Assembly (NCBI RefSeq): GCF_004010195.1
Contig: NC_057728.1
Coordinates: 40,194,918-40,258,917, forward strand
Length of the DNA: 64,000 bases
Source: Chiloscyllium plagiosum
Lineage: Eukaryota
Direction: 5' to 3'
Below, piece after piece: positions 62,697 to 64,000 of the stretch. The notes below the pieces were generated by a model. The model was given only the letters and a program-made list of their open reading frames with translations, was not told the origin of the DNA and did no database searches. The position numbers and the translations under genes are program-made. How positions within the stretch are numbered: the first letter of the stretch is position 1; the number at the start of each line of letters is the position of its first letter.

Positions 62697-64000
62697 CAAA
62701 GAACAAAGAACAAAGAAAATTTATAGCCCAGGAACAGGCCCTTCGGTCCTCCAAGCCTGAGCTAATCCAAATCCACTGTCTGAACCTGTTGCCCAATTCC
62801 TAACCATCTGTATACCTCTGCTCCCACCTACTTATGCATCTGTCCAGATGCATCTTAAATGAATTTACTGTGCCTGCCTCTACTACCTCTTCTGGCAAAG
62901 CATTCCAGGCACTTACCACCCTCTGCGTAAAATAATTGCTGCGTTTCCACCCCTTAAACTTTTCACGTCTCACCTTGAAAGTGTGATCTCTCGTTATTGA
63001 ATCCTTCACCCTAGGAAAAAGCTTATCTCTATCTACCCTTCATGATTTTGTAGACCTCAATCAGGTCCCCCCTCAATCTTTTTTTTCTAATGAAAACAAT
63101 CTTAACCTCTCTTCATAGCTAGCACCTTCCATAACCAGGCAATATCTTCATAAACATTGTCTGCACCCTCTCCAAAGGTTCCACATCCTTTTGGTAATGT
63201 GGCGACCAGAACTGTACACAGTATTCTAAATGTGGCCGAACCAATGTCTTGTACAATTTTAACATGACCTGCCAGTTCTTATACTCAATACCCTGTCCAA
63301 TGAAGTCAAGCATACCATATGCCTTCCTGAACACTCTATCCACCTGTACAACAACCTTCAGGGTACAATGGACCTGAACTCCCAGATCTCTCTGCTCATC
63401 AACTTTTCCCAAGGCTCTTCCGTTTACTCTATAATTCGCTCTAGAATTAGAATTCCCAAAATGCATCACCTCACATTTGCCTGGATTGAACTCCAACTGC
63501 CACTTCTGCACCCAACTCTCCAGTCTATCTATATTCTCCTGTATTCTTTGACAGTCCCCTATGCTGTCTGCCACTCCACCAATCTTCGTGTCATCTGCAA
63601 ACTTGCTGATCATACCAGCAATGACCTCTTCCAGATCATTCATTTATATCACAAACAACAATGGCCCCAGCACTGATTCCTGTGGAACACCATTGGTCAC
63701 CTTTCTCCATTCTGAGAAACTCCCTTCAGCTACTACTCTCTGTCTCCTGTTGCTCAACCAGTTCTTTATCCACCTAGCTAGAACACCCTGCACACCATGT
63801 GACTTCACTTTCTCCATTATTTTACCATGGGGAACCTTAGCAAATGCCTTACTAAAGTTCATGTATATGACATCTACAGCCCTTCCTTCATCTATCAACT
63901 TGGTCACTTCCTCAAAGAACTCTATTAAGTTGGTAAGCACAATCTCCCTCGCACAAAACCATGTTGCCTATCATTGATAAGCCCATTCTTTTCCAAATAT
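62697..64000 (-). mobile_element. CR1-type LINE 3' part (runs off window end)
   Basis: (AAAGAAC)n tail at ~62698-62717; KFADDTK, VRPHLEYCVQFWSP. Confidence 0.93.

Overview
Vertebrate genomic DNA, almost certainly from a shark or ray, judged from HE1 V-SINEs, HER1/CR1 LINEs and shark-type Penelope elements. The window is dominated by nested retroelements: CR1 LINEs, Neptune-type Penelope-like elements (PLEs) carrying minimal hammerhead-ribozyme motifs, SINEs, solo LTRs, a Tx1-clade LINE and a Harbinger transposase relic. There are two assembly gaps. The only host gene I can support is a five-exon gene on the + strand (CDS 25181-36011) with all four introns in phase 0, which the ORF track only catches in fragments. 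It splices to a 176-aa secreted, Cys-rich, strongly basic class II helical cytokine of the IL-10/interferon superfamily. It lacks the IL-10-family KAxxELDxL helix-F signature and sits behind a TATA promoter with IRF and NF-kB-like sites resembling the IFN-beta enhancer. My best guess is an intron-containing interferon (type IV IFN-upsilon-like, alternatively IFN-lambda-like); IL-22/IL-26-like remains possible. Family names come from motif recognition only, as no searches were run. Repeat boundaries without a stated target-site duplication (TSD) are approximate.
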